A DNA stretch of 64,000 bases from Spirochaetia bacterium. Its GTDB lineage: Bacteria; Spirochaetota; Spirochaetia; DSM-2461. The DNA lies in NCBI GenBank assembly GCA_963668315.1, contig OY764216.1, positions 2,912,001-2,976,000 on the forward strand, read 5' to 3'. Both the position numbers and the translations under genes were made by a program. A model generated the notes under the pieces. That model saw only the letters and a program-made list of their open reading frames with translations. It was not told where the DNA came from and did not search any database. The stretch's first letter is position 1. Each line of letters opens with the position of its first letter. Shown in pieces: positions 19,379-29,281 of this stretch.

Positions 19379-22012
19379 ATGAAGGCGATAGAGCTGGAGA
19401 AAAATTACAACCCGGAAGATTTCGAAGACCGGATTTACAAAGACTGGATGGACGAAGGCTGTTTCAAGCCCGCCGGAGACGACAGTAAAGATCCCTTCGT
19501 CATTGTGATCCCCCCTCCCAATGTTACCGGCGTCCTGCACATGGGACACGGTTTGAACAACTCCCTGCAGGATGTGCTCATCCGGTATCACCGGATGCAG
19601 CAGAGACCGACACTTTGGGTTCCCGGAACGGACCATGCCGGTATCGCCACACAGAACGTCGTGGAGAGAAGACTGCTGAAAGAGGGGAAGAGCCGCCACG
19701 ATCTGGGCCGTGAGAAGTTTATCGAAGAGACCTGGAAAGTCAAGGAGGAGCATCACAGCATTATTAAAAAACAGCTGATGAAGATTGGAGCCTCCTGTGA
19801 CTGGAGCCGGGAGCGGTTTACCATGGACGAGGGCCTTTCCAAGGCGGTACGGGAAGTTTTTGTAACCCTGTACGAAAGGGATCTTCTCTACAAGGGCGAG
19901 TATCTGGTCAACTGGTGTCCCAGCTGCGGCACCGCCCTGGCCGACGACGAAGTGGACCACGAGGAGAAACCGGGAAAGCTTTACGATATCGCCTATCCCC
20001 TGTCCGACGGATCCGGTGAGATTATCGTATCCACGACTCGCCCGGAAACCATGTTCGGCGATACGGCCGTGGCCGTTCATCCCGACGACGAAAGATACAC
20101 CCATCTGGTGGGCAAAACTCTCGACCTGCCCCTGACCGACAGGAAAATCAGGATCATCGCAGACTCCTACTGCCGGATGGATTTCGGTTCCGGTGCCGTT
20201 AAGATGACCCCCGCCCACGACCCCAATGACTGGGAAGTCGGACTCCGCCATGATCTGGAGAGAATCAATGTTCTGAATCCCGACGGGACCATGAACGGGA
20301 ATACTCCCGCCCATATTCAGGGAATGGACGCCAAGACCGCCCGGAAGCAGACACTGGCCGACCTGGAAGCGGGCGGCTACCTCAAGGGCAGCAAGGACAA
20401 TCCCCATCAGGTGGGGCACTGCTACCGCTGCAAGACCGTGGTGGAGCCCTATATGTCCAAGCAGTGGTTCGTGCGGATGGAGCCCATGGCCGAGAAAGCC
20501 CTGAACGCCTGGAAGAAGGATGAGATCCGCTTCTATCCGCGTAAATGGGAGAACACCTACGCCCACTGGATGGAAGGCATCCGGGACTGGTGCATCAGCC
20601 GGCAGCTCTGGTGGGGCCACAGGATTCCCGCCTGGACCTGTTCCGACTGCGGCGAGCTCTCCGTTTCCCGGGACGATCTGACCGTCTGTCCCAAGTGCGG
20701 CAGCAAAAATGTTCAGCAGGATCCCGATGTTCTGGATACCTGGTTCTCCTCCTGGCTGTGGCCCTTCAGTACCCTGGGATGGCCGGAGAAAACGGCCGAT
20801 CTGGAGAAATTCTTCGCCACCACCGCCCTGGTTACGGGATACGACATCATCTTTTTCTGGGTGGCCCGCATGATTATGGCCAGCCTTGAGTTTATGGGGG
20901 AAGTGCCCTTCCGCGATATCTATATGACCGGTCTTGTGCGGGATGCCCAGGGACGTAAAATGAGTAAATCCCTGGGGAACGGACTCGATCCTCTGGAGAT
21001 CGTCGATAAGTACGGGGCCGACGCCATGAAATTCACCCTGGTTTATCTTTCAAGCCAGGGGGAGGACATCCCCGTGGGCATGGACACCTTCCAGATCGGA
21101 TCAAAATTCTGCAACAAGATCTGGAACGCCACCCGTTATATCCTCATGAATCTGGAAGGCCGGGAACTGGTGGAAAATCCCGAGCTCAGAACGGTGGACA
21201 AATGGATCTACCACAGGCTGAACGAGGCGGTGAAATCCATGGAGAAGGCCTTCGACTCCTACCGGTTCGATGACATGGGGCACGGTATCTACGAATATTT
21301 CTGGAACGACTTCTGCGACTGGTACGTGGAGGCCACCAAGCTTTACCTCTATTCCGACGACGAGGCGGAGAAGAACCGGGCCGTAACGGTCATCCTCAAC
21401 GTACTGGAAGAGTCCCTCCGGCTGATGCACCCCATGCTGAGTTTCCTGACCGAGGAGATCTACCGGAAGCTTCCCAATACCCGGGGAAACATCATTTCCG
21501 CCCGCTATCCCCAGGTTGAGGAGGCAAGGGAGGACCAGGCTCTGGCCGCCCATTTCGAACTTCTCCAGGATCTGGTCCAGAAGGTCAGAACTCTGCGCAG
21601 CGAGTTTACCATTCCCCCTTCCAAGAAGATCGGACTGGCCGTTCGCTGTGACGAAGAACTCTACGAATTCTTCAAGGAAGCGGGTGATCTGATCGCCTCT
21701 CTGGTCAAAGCCGAGGAGATCACGTTCGTCACCGGAGAAGAGGCTTTCTCCGGCGCGGTCACCGCCGTCGGCAAAGGGTTCGAAGCCCATGCCCTGATCC
21801 GTGATCTCATCGACATGGATAAGGAAATTGACCGAATGAAGAAAACCCTTGAGAAAAATATCAAGATGAAGGCCCAGACCGAAAAGAAGCTGGCCAATGA
21901 GAATTTTACCAGCCGCGCTCCCGCCGATGTTATCGCCAAGGAGAAGGAGAAACTGGACGAGTTCGCCCAGGCCATAGAGAAAATGGAAGCCTATCTGAAG
22001 GATCTGAGCTAA
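19379..22012 (+). CDS. valS: Valine--tRNA ligase
   Basis: PPPNVTG, HMGH, DWCISRQLWWGH, KMSKS, C-terminal coiled coil; ATG 19379 with AGGAGG SD. Confidence 0.97.
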   Translation: MKAIELEKNYNPEDFEDRIYKDWMDEGCFKPAGDDSKDPFVIVIPPPNVTGVLHMGHGLNNSLQDVLIRYHRMQQRPTLWVPGTDHAGIATQNVVERRLLKEGKSRHDLGREKFIEETWKVKEEHHSIIKKQLMKIGASCDWSRERFTMDEGLSKAVREVFVTLYERDLLYKGEYLVNWCPSCGTALADDEVDHEEKPGKLYDIAYPLSDGSGEIIVSTTRPETMFGDTAVAVHPDDERYTHLVGKTLDLPLTDRKIRIIADSYCRMDFGSGAVKMTPAHDPNDWEVGLRHDLERINVLNPDGTMNGNTPAHIQGMDAKTARKQTLADLEAGGYLKGSKDNPHQVGHCYRCKTVVEPYMSKQWFVRMEPMAEKALNAWKKDEIRFYPRKWENTYAHWMEGIRDWCISRQLWWGHRIPAWTCSDCGELSVSRDDLTVCPKCGSKNVQQDPDVLDTWFSSWLWPFSTLGWPEKTADLEKFFATTALVTGYDIIFFWVARMIMASLEFMGEVPFRDIYMTGLVRDAQGRKMSKSLGNGLDPLEIVDKYGADAMKFTLVYLSSQGEDIPVGMDTFQIGSKFCNKIWNATRYILMNLEGRELVENPELRTVDKWIYHRLNEAVKSMEKAFDSYRFDDMGHGIYEYFWNDFCDWYVEATKLYLYSDDEAEKNRAVTVILNVLEESLRLMHPMLSFLTEEIYRKLPNTRGNIISARYPQVEEAREDQALAAHFELLQDLVQKVRTLRSEFTIPPSKKIGLAVRCDEELYEFFKEAGDLIASLVKAEEITFVTGEEAFSGAVTAVGKGFEAHALIRDLIDMDKEIDRMKKTLEKNIKMKAQTEKKLANENFTSRAPADVIAKEKEKLDEFAQAIEKMEAYLKDLS

Positions 22013-22022
22013 AAACGACGGT

Positions 22023-22106
22023 TGAAAACTGAAGTGTGAAAGCTGAAAGCGGATGGGCGAAAGCTGAAAGGGAATTTCCCGGCTTTTCTGTCTGCTTTCA
22101 GTTTTT
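22023..22106. repeat. Short degenerate heptamer repeats (GAAAGCT-like) with an inverted copy downstream of valS
   Basis: tgaaaactgaag..gaaagctgaaagc..gaaagctgaaag and complementary ctttcagtttt. Confidence 0.4.
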
Positions 22107-22319
22107 CCCGTTTATAACGGTTTTCCTGAGAAAACTGTCCAGTAAATCCCGGGAAAAATGCCCGCCCCTTTCCCGTCTTATCAACCGGCAATTACCTAAG
22201 AATCCGGCTGTCATTTCGGCCGTGACATAGGGAATATTCTCACTGTCCAGGCTGTGTTCCATTATCCCATTCGATTTAAGGTCCGCAAGATCAAAACCCC
22301 AGTTTTCACATCTGATCAC
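22098..22319 (-). pseudogene. C-terminal remnant of an alpha/beta hydrolase
   Basis: WGFDLADL...HS..S.NIP...AE.....L.NCRL......GGHF resembles a hydrolase C-terminus; no N-terminal part present. Confidence 0.45.
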
Positions 22320-22429
22320 CGCCTTTGATATGGGATATCGTCCATCAACGTTCCGTCTTTATCTTATCCCCTGAGGATTGCTTTTTTTCCTCCCCTTATC
22401 TAAAATAGGATTAAATCCCTGGAGGAAAT

Positions 22430-23854
22430 ATGAAAACATTTTTCACAAGACTCGAAACACTGGCAAAGGAGAAAAACAGTCTCCTTTGTGTGGGCCTTGA
22501 TCCGCGTATCGACTGGGAGGAAGGAACCTCTCCCTACCGTCCCCTGGTGGAATGGAACGAAAGAATCATCGAAGCCACCGCCGATTACGCCATATGCTAT
22601 AAACCGAACATCGCTTTCTTCGAATCCTACGGTCCGGAGGGACTCAGAGCCCTGGAAAAGGTCATGGAGACGGTTCCCGAAGAGATCCCCGTGCTTATCG
22701 ATGCCAAAAGGAATGACATCGGTTCCACGGCGCAGGCCTATGCGGATGCCCTTTTCGGTTATTACAACGCCGACTGCGTCACCCTTTCGCCCTACATGGG
22801 CCGCGACGCCGTAGACCCCTTCCTGAAATGGGAGGATCGGGGGATGTTCCTCCTGGCAAGAACGACGAATCCCGGAGCCCCCGCGTTCCAGGATCTGATG
22901 GTAACCCTTCCCGGCGGGGAACAGGGCGAGATGTATGTGAAAACCGCTATTGAATGCACCTCCTGGTCTGACCGGGTGGGGCTGGTTGTGGCCGGCAACG
23001 ATCTGGATGCCCTGCGGAAAATCCGTTATTACTGCCCGGATACCTGGTTCCTGACTCCCGGCATCGGAAGTCAGGGCGGTTCCATGGTCGACGCCGTGGC
23101 CGCCGGACAGAGAAAGGACGGGCTGGGAATCCTTCCCAACGTCTCCCGGGGAATAGCCGGAGCGGATGACCCCGCTAAGGCGGCCAGGGAGTTTGTCGAC
23201 AGCCTGAACAAGGCCCGCGAGAAGGCTTCCGTAACCGTTCAGGGTGCCGATATCAAGGAGATACAGAAAAGGGAAGTCATTGACGGCCTGATCGAAAATG
23301 AATGTTTCCGGGTAGGGGAGTTCACCCTTAAATCGGGGAAGAAATCTCCCTTCTACATCGATCTGAGAAGAGTCTCCTCCGATCCCTCCCTGCTGGCGAA
23401 AGTCGCCAGAGCCTACGCCTCCCTCCTCAAGGGGAAAAAGTATGACCGCCTGGCCGGTATCCCACTGGCCGCCCTGCCTCTGGCCACGGCCGTTTCTCTG
23501 GAAGCGGGAATCCCCCTTATCTACCCCCGCATGACCATGAAGGCCCACGGTACGGGAAACCGCATCGAAGGGGAGTGGAAAAAGGGAGAGAAAGTCGCCC
23601 TTCTGGACGATCTCATCACCACCGGCAAAAGCAAGATTGAAGCCATCGATATCCTCCGCGAGGAGGGACTGGTTGTGGAAGATCTCTTTGTCCTTCTGGA
23701 GAGGGGGGCTCAGGGGCGCAAGGACATGACCGCCGTGGACATCAGCCTTCACGCCTATGCCCATGTGGAAGAGTTCCTGGTTCCCTGTCACGAGAAGGAT
23801 CTGATCGATAAGGACCAGCTGGAGTCGATGCTCACCTACGCCCGGGAGGAATAG
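22430..23854 (+). CDS. pyrF: Bifunctional orotidine-5'-phosphate decarboxylase / orotate phosphoribosyltransferase (PyrF-PyrE fusion)
   Basis: CVGLDP, DAKRNDIGST, PGIGSQGG; then FTLKSGKKSPFYIDLR, LLDDLITTG. Confidence 0.93.
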   Translation: MKTFFTRLETLAKEKNSLLCVGLDPRIDWEEGTSPYRPLVEWNERIIEATADYAICYKPNIAFFESYGPEGLRALEKVMETVPEEIPVLIDAKRNDIGSTAQAYADALFGYYNADCVTLSPYMGRDAVDPFLKWEDRGMFLLARTTNPGAPAFQDLMVTLPGGEQGEMYVKTAIECTSWSDRVGLVVAGNDLDALRKIRYYCPDTWFLTPGIGSQGGSMVDAVAAGQRKDGLGILPNVSRGIAGADDPAKAAREFVDSLNKAREKASVTVQGADIKEIQKREVIDGLIENECFRVGEFTLKSGKKSPFYIDLRRVSSDPSLLAKVARAYASLLKGKKYDRLAGIPLAALPLATAVSLEAGIPLIYPRMTMKAHGTGNRIEGEWKKGEKVALLDDLITTGKSKIEAIDILREEGLVVEDLFVLLERGAQGRKDMTAVDISLHAYAHVEEFLVPCHEKDLIDKDQLESMLTYAREE

Positions 23855-23855
23855 T

Positions 23856-25022
23856 ATGGATTTTCTGACCGCCCCGCTTACCATGGAAATAGGAGAATTT
23901 GTCATCTCCATCAGTATTATGTCTGTCATTTTCAAGCTGATTCTGCCCGTGGCGGGTATGATACTGGGCTATTCCCTCATCATGATGGCGGTCAGAAAGA
24001 TCCTCAGAATTGCCAAGGCGGAGGAGATCGTTTCCAACCGGGTGCTCAAATGGAGCCGGATGCTTCTGAAGCTGGCTCTCTTCCTGGGTATCCTGGGAGC
24101 CCTCGGCTCCCTGCTGGGAATCTCCGCCTATAAGTACATCAACGACTTCCTCCGGTTTCTGAAGAGCCCCTTCTTTGAAACGGGAGGAACGTCCATCTCC
24201 ATCATTACCATCATCCTGGTGATCCCCATATTCTATCTGGCTGCCTGGGCCGGCCGGCTGGTGCAGAATCTGCTGGAGAAGAATATCTTTCCCGAAATAA
24301 CCACCCTGGACGAAGCCCGGAAGAGCTCCATGGGAAATTTCGCCCGTTTCGCCACCCTTTCACTGGTCCTGCTGTTCATGCTCTCCATGATCGGTATTGA
24401 TCTGACGGCTCTGGGAGTGGTATTCGGTGCCCTGGGAATTGGTGTCGGATTCGGTCTTCAGGATCTGGTGGCAAACTTTTTTGCCGGCATTATTCTTCTC
24501 TTTGCCCGGCAGATCAAAATGTATGACCGGATACTGGTTAACGATGTGGAGGGCAATGTGACGGATATCAAGCTCATGTCCACCACGGTCACCACCCTGA
24601 AAAATGAAAATATCATAATCCCCAACTCCCAGTTTATTAATCAGGTCGTCAATAATTTTTCCTATAACAACCGGCAGGTCATGCTGGTGAATACCATAGG
24701 AGTTCACTATAACACGGATATCGAGAAGGCCCTGGAAGTCCTTGAGCGGATCGGAAAGGATAATCAGTGGTATGTGAAGGGATCGGAAATCCGTTCCTTT
24801 ATCCGCTCTTTCGACGATTCGGGTATACTCCTGGAGCTTTGGGTGACCGTGAATGATGTTACCCACAGGGCGAAGGCTTTCGCCTGGACCAATCTGGAGA
24901 TCTGGAGAAGGTTCAAGGCGGAGGGAATAGAGATCCCCTATCCCCAGATGGATGTTCATGTCAAGGATCAGGCCCTTCCCACGAGACCGGTCAACCTCCC
25001 GGGAGACGGCAGTTCTGTCTAA
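23856..25022 (+). CDS. MscS-family mechanosensitive channel
   Basis: GIGVGFGLQDLVANFFAG, IIPNS, GIEIPYPQMDVH. Confidence 0.9.
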   Translation: MDFLTAPLTMEIGEFVISISIMSVIFKLILPVAGMILGYSLIMMAVRKILRIAKAEEIVSNRVLKWSRMLLKLALFLGILGALGSLLGISAYKYINDFLRFLKSPFFETGGTSISIITIILVIPIFYLAAWAGRLVQNLLEKNIFPEITTLDEARKSSMGNFARFATLSLVLLFMLSMIGIDLTALGVVFGALGIGVGFGLQDLVANFFAGIILLFARQIKMYDRILVNDVEGNVTDIKLMSTTVTTLKNENIIIPNSQFINQVVNNFSYNNRQVMLVNTIGVHYNTDIEKALEVLERIGKDNQWYVKGSEIRSFIRSFDDSGILLELWVTVNDVTHRAKAFAWTNLEIWRRFKAEGIEIPYPQMDVHVKDQALPTRPVNLPGDGSSV

Positions 25023-25710
25023 GGCCGAAGAGAATCAGAATCCCATTCAGTATTTCATCGCCTTTCTTCTCATGATTCTGGGAGGCTTTCTCGATGCCTA
25101 CTCCTATATTCTCAAGGGAGGCGTTTTCGCCTGCATGCAGACGGGGAATGTCACGTTTTTCGTTCTATCCCTGGTCAGGGGAGAGTATGACCGGCTCATT
25201 CGCTATATACTTCCCGTCATTTTCTTTTCCCTGGGCATACTTACCTCGGAGTTTATCAAAAGCAGCTGCGATGCGGAAAAAATGACCGGAAGGAGAAAGC
25301 GCATCATGCTTATCAAGATCGTCTTTTTTGCCATAATCGGGTTGGCGGGAAAGAATCTGAACAATCTGATAGCCATTAGCCTGATTGCCTATGTGGCCGC
25401 TCTGCAGGTATCCTCCTTCGACCAGTTAAGGGGGGGGAGTTTCGCTTCCACGATGATTACCGGGAATCTGAGAACCCTGATGGTCCATCTCCATCGCTTT
25501 ATCCTGACCAGGGAGCGGGAGTCGGGGGTGCTGTCACTGCTATACCTGGCGCTGATCGTCTTCTTCGCCCTGGGGGTCGCTTTCGGCGCCTATGCCAGCC
25601 GGATTTTTGAAGAGAGGGCGGCCTTTTTCTGTCTTCTTCTGCTGGTACCCGTCTTCATTCTTCTCTCTGTTCTGGAAAAACGGGAGAAATCCTCCCCGAA
25701 GAATCGGTAA
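24952..25710 (+). CDS. YoaK/DUF1275 family membrane protein (start uncertain)
   Basis: GGFLDAYSY, QTGNV, STMITGNLR motifs. Confidence 0.82.
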   Translation: MFMSRIRPFPRDRSTSRETAVLSKAEENQNPIQYFIAFLLMILGGFLDAYSYILKGGVFACMQTGNVTFFVLSLVRGEYDRLIRYILPVIFFSLGILTSEFIKSSCDAEKMTGRRKRIMLIKIVFFAIIGLAGKNLNNLIAISLIAYVAALQVSSFDQLRGGSFASTMITGNLRTLMVHLHRFILTRERESGVLSLLYLALIVFFALGVAFGAYASRIFEERAAFFCLLLLVPVFILLSVLEKREKSSPKNR

Positions 25711-25815
25711 ACGTCAGTAAAACAAAACAAAGAAAAAATAAAAGAAAGACCTCGGCTTGACAATTTTTTCCCTTTCTTATTAACTATGTAAATAGGAAAA
25801 AAGGATGGGTGTTTT

Positions 25816-27327
25816 ATGAATGGGAAAATCAGCAAAGAAAAGGTGTCCCTGTGGGACTACACGGAACTATGCATAACGGCCGGATTCGGGGGAAATCCCT
25901 TTTCCGAAGTGGACTTTGCAGCTCTTTTTACTTCCGGAGGAAAGAGTGTGACCGTTCAGGGGTTTTACGATGGAAAGGATGAGTGGAAAATCCGTTTCAT
26001 GCCCCCCTCCGAGGGAAGATGGCATTATCGAACTTCCTCCACTCTTCCCGCCCTTGACGGCAGTGAAGGGGAGATTCTCTGCGAAGGCCGGGAAGAGGGG
26101 AACCATGGCATGGTGCAGGTGGCCGATAAGATCCATTTCGCCTATTCCGACGGCACGCCCTACTATCCGGTGGGCACGACCTGCTATGTATGGAACCTCC
26201 AGGGGCCGGAGCTGGAGGAGAAAACCCTTCGCTCCCTGGCATCATCGCCTTTCAACAAAATCCGTTTCTGCGTCTATCCCAAGAGATACACATTCAACCA
26301 TAACGAACCGCCCCTTTACCCCTTCAAAGGAGAAATCGACAGGGCCTGGACGCGGGAGGAGCAGGATGACTATACTCCCAAGCCCCGGGATTTCTGGGAC
26401 TTTGATGAATTGAATCCCGACTACTTCCGCCATATAGACGAGTGTGTCCTCGCCCTGCGGGAGAGGAACATCGAAGCGGATCTTATTCTGTTTCACCCCT
26501 ATGATTTCGGGGCCTGGGGTTTCGACTGTATTCCGGAAGAGAAGAACCGGGTCATTCTGAAATACCTGGTGGCCCGCCTGGGGGCTTTTCGGAATATCTG
26601 GTGGTCCTTTGCCAATGAGTATGATCTCTTCCAGAACAAAGCCCTCCATGAATGGCACCGCTATATCCGGTTCGTGCAGGAGCTCGATCCCTACGGCCAT
26701 CTCCGCTCAATCCATAACTGCCGGGAATTTTACGACCATCACAAGCCCTGGATTACCCACTGCAGCATTCAGTCCGACCGTTTCGACCTGATAAAGGAGT
26801 GGCTGGAGGATTACGAGAAACCGGTGGTCATCGATGAGTGCGGTTATGAAGGCAATATCGACCGGGACTGGGGGAATCTCTCCCCCCGCGAGATGGTTCA
26901 CCGCTTCTGGTCAGGTTTCTGCCAGGGGGGGTACGTGGGCCACGGGGAAACCTATATGCACCCGGAGGATACCCTCTGGTGGAGCAAGGGGGGGACGCTT
27001 CACGGGGACAGCCCCGAGAGAATCGGATTCCTCCGGCAGGTCATCGAGGCGTTCCCCACTAAAAACTCGGCCCCCTTTGAAAGGCACAACGCTTTCATGG
27101 ACGGAAAAGGGTACGGGGTTTATCCCGAGTTCGGCCTCTACTACCTGGGCGTGAGACAACCCTCCTTCCGGGAAGTGACCCTGCCGGAAGAGGGGGAATG
27201 GGAAATCGATGTCATCGATACCTGGAATATGACCGTTAAATCCCTGGGGAAAAATTTCTCGGGCCAATGCCGTATCGATCTGCCCGGCAGGGATGGAATG
27301 GCCGTAAGGTTTCAAAAGAGGGGTTAG
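25816..27327 (+). CDS. DUF5060/DUF5605-type putative glycoside hydrolase
   Basis: GFYDG...WKIRFMP N-domain, GTTCYVW, ANEYD, DECGYEG, GGYVGHGETY, IDTWNM. Confidence 0.7.
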   Translation: MNGKISKEKVSLWDYTELCITAGFGGNPFSEVDFAALFTSGGKSVTVQGFYDGKDEWKIRFMPPSEGRWHYRTSSTLPALDGSEGEILCEGREEGNHGMVQVADKIHFAYSDGTPYYPVGTTCYVWNLQGPELEEKTLRSLASSPFNKIRFCVYPKRYTFNHNEPPLYPFKGEIDRAWTREEQDDYTPKPRDFWDFDELNPDYFRHIDECVLALRERNIEADLILFHPYDFGAWGFDCIPEEKNRVILKYLVARLGAFRNIWWSFANEYDLFQNKALHEWHRYIRFVQELDPYGHLRSIHNCREFYDHHKPWITHCSIQSDRFDLIKEWLEDYEKPVVIDECGYEGNIDRDWGNLSPREMVHRFWSGFCQGGYVGHGETYMHPEDTLWWSKGGTLHGDSPERIGFLRQVIEAFPTKNSAPFERHNAFMDGKGYGVYPEFGLYYLGVRQPSFREVTLPEEGEWEIDVIDTWNMTVKSLGKNFSGQCRIDLPGRDGMAVRFQKRG

Positions 27328-28559
27328 TTTTTTCTGAGAATGAGGCAGCGGTTACCCTTGCTCCGTTCATCGGCCAGCGGGGTATAGCCGCGGTTGCCGC
27401 CCTTCATAAACTGATGAAGATCGTTGCTCTTGCCGTAAATAACGAGCAGACCGCCCTTTTTCAGCAGATTTTTTCCCGTCTCTTTGAGGGGGGTATACCA
27501 GTCCGTTCGGGGAATGAGGTCATTCAGATCGGCCAGAAAAAAATCAAGGGTGCCCTCGTCCAGCCTCTCTTCCAGGGAAGAGAACGTTGAAACGCTTTGA
27601 AGCTGTATCTCCCCCTCGAAGCCGTTTTTTTTCAGATTATGCTCTGTGATGCGGCACTGGAGAAGGTCACGGCCGGACAGGATGATGCGGTCGGCGGAGG
27701 GGCGGCATTTCTCCTGGAACCAGGCGGCCAGATGGCCTTGTCCGGGATTCCAGAAGCACCAGGTGCCGCTTTTGGAATGGGGCTTCAGAAGGCGGGCTGC
27801 CAGCTTATGCCGCCATCCTACCATATCAAAGTCGGGAACATTGTAAACCGTATCCAGATCGTAACGCCGACCTTCCAGTTCATAGTCGGCCCTATGGCGG
27901 ATATAGGGCGTCAACCCTTCGTCGGCACCTCTGTTATCGGCTCTTTTATAGTGGTAGACCGAGTGCATTTTCGTATGTTCCGAATAGGTCACCTCCACCC
28001 CGTGGCGTTCCATGAGCCGTTCCGCCTCTTCGCGCAGAGGGGAAACGATAACCAGGGCAACGGTTCCCCTGTCCGTCAGATAGTTGGTGGAACGGAGGAA
28101 AAAGTCCTCAATCACCTCTTCCCCCGCCTTGGCGGGGATATTGGTGACAAGTAGATCAAGGCTGTTCTCTTCCAGTCCGAAGAGCATCAGCTCCTGTTCT
28201 ATCCGGTCGGGAGTGATCTTATTCAAGGTTCCGTTCCAGCGGGAGAAATCCACCGCCAGAGCGTCACGGTCCCTGAGAATTACCCGGGATTCGGGCAGAT
28301 ATTTTTTCAGGGCCAGACCGATCGTTCCCACTCCGCATCCTATGTCGGCCAGGGAGCGGCACTGCTTGAGATCCACTTCCTTGGCCAGAGTTTTGAGGAG
28401 AAGGAGAGTTCCCGAGTCTACGTCGTTGCTGGAAAAAAGGCCCATGCTCAGGGCCAGTTTCATTTTCTGTCCGTAAAATTGAAAGGGAACCGTCTTATTG
28501 GATAGGGCGGAGAGATCCTGCTTAGCTATTGATGCGCTCCTGATACTCCATGGTATCAA
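27324..28559 (-). CDS. RsmC/MTS-like class I SAM methyltransferase, two-domain (start uncertain)
   Basis: LFSS..VD.GT.LL, DIGCGVG, TNIPAKAG. Confidence 0.75.
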   Translation of the reverse strand: MIPWSIRSASIAKQDLSALSNKTVPFQFYGQKMKLALSMGLFSSNDVDSGTLLLLKTLAKEVDLKQCRSLADIGCGVGTIGLALKKYLPESRVILRDRDALAVDFSRWNGTLNKITPDRIEQELMLFGLEENSLDLLVTNIPAKAGEEVIEDFFLRSTNYLTDRGTVALVIVSPLREEAERLMERHGVEVTYSEHTKMHSVYHYKRADNRGADEGLTPYIRHRADYELEGRRYDLDTVYNVPDFDMVGWRHKLAARLLKPHSKSGTWCFWNPGQGHLAAWFQEKCRPSADRIILSGRDLLQCRITEHNLKKNGFEGEIQLQSVSTFSSLEERLDEGTLDFFLADLNDLIPRTDWYTPLKETGKNLLKKGGLLVIYGKSNDLHQFMKGGNRGYTPLADERSKGNRCLILRKN

Positions 28560-29097
28560 CGTTAATACGGATTTTTTCGCCCTGCTTGATGAAGATGGGA
28601 ACCTTGACGGTCAGGCCGGTTTCCACGACAACATATTTGGTGGCGCCCGTTACCGTATCGCCTTTGACGGCTTCTTCCGCTTCTGTGACGATCAGATCCA
28701 TCTTGGGAGGAAGTTTGATATCCAGTGTTTCCCCTTCCCACTGAACCACTCGATAGGTTTCGCCTTCAATGAGGAAGTACTTTTTATCCCCCAGAACGGC
28801 GGCGGAAACTTCGTACTGGTCGAAGGTATCGTTATTCATGAAGTGGAAAGACTCACCGTCGGTGAAGAGGTACTGAGACGCCACATCGGAAACATCGATC
28901 TGCTCCATGTTGTCCTGAGCTTTATGCGTTACCTTGAGTACCGCTCCGGTTTTCAGGTTCTTCAGCTTAAGTCTAACAAAGGACGAGCCTTTTCCGGGAT
29001 TGACGAACTCCCTCTCTACCACGGAATAGGGATCACCCTTTTCCTCTATGAACATGCTGTTATCGAGAGCACCGGCTTTAATTACACCCATTTTCAT
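28522..29097 (-). CDS. efp: Elongation factor P
   Basis: VNPGKGSSFVR loop (Lys), KGDT, ETG..VKVP.FI..GEKI.I. Confidence 0.95.
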   Translation of the reverse strand: MKMGVIKAGALDNSMFIEEKGDPYSVVEREFVNPGKGSSFVRLKLKNLKTGAVLKVTHKAQDNMEQIDVSDVASQYLFTDGESFHFMNNDTFDQYEVSAAVLGDKKYFLIEGETYRVVQWEGETLDIKLPPKMDLIVTEAEEAVKGDTVTGATKYVVVETGLTVKVPIFIKQGEKIRINVDTMEYQERINS

Positions 29098-29281
29098 ATC
29101 CTTTTATACGGAGAAACCGTCCGCGAACCGTAAAAACGGGATCGGCGGGGGAATCTCATATTTTTTGTTTCGGAGCAACAGTATATCAGAAAAAAAAGAA
29201 AGAATAAAGCTATATCTCCCCGTTTCGCAATTTTCCGGCGGAGCGGCACAGGCCCTGAGGAAAAACGGAGTCCCTCCCGTC

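Noticed and set aside
22023..22106. CRISPR-like array
   Set aside because: Units are about 7 bp and degenerate, with no spacers and no cas genes
22400..23935. 511-aa minus-strand ORF
   Set aside because: Antisense shadow of pyrF-pyrE
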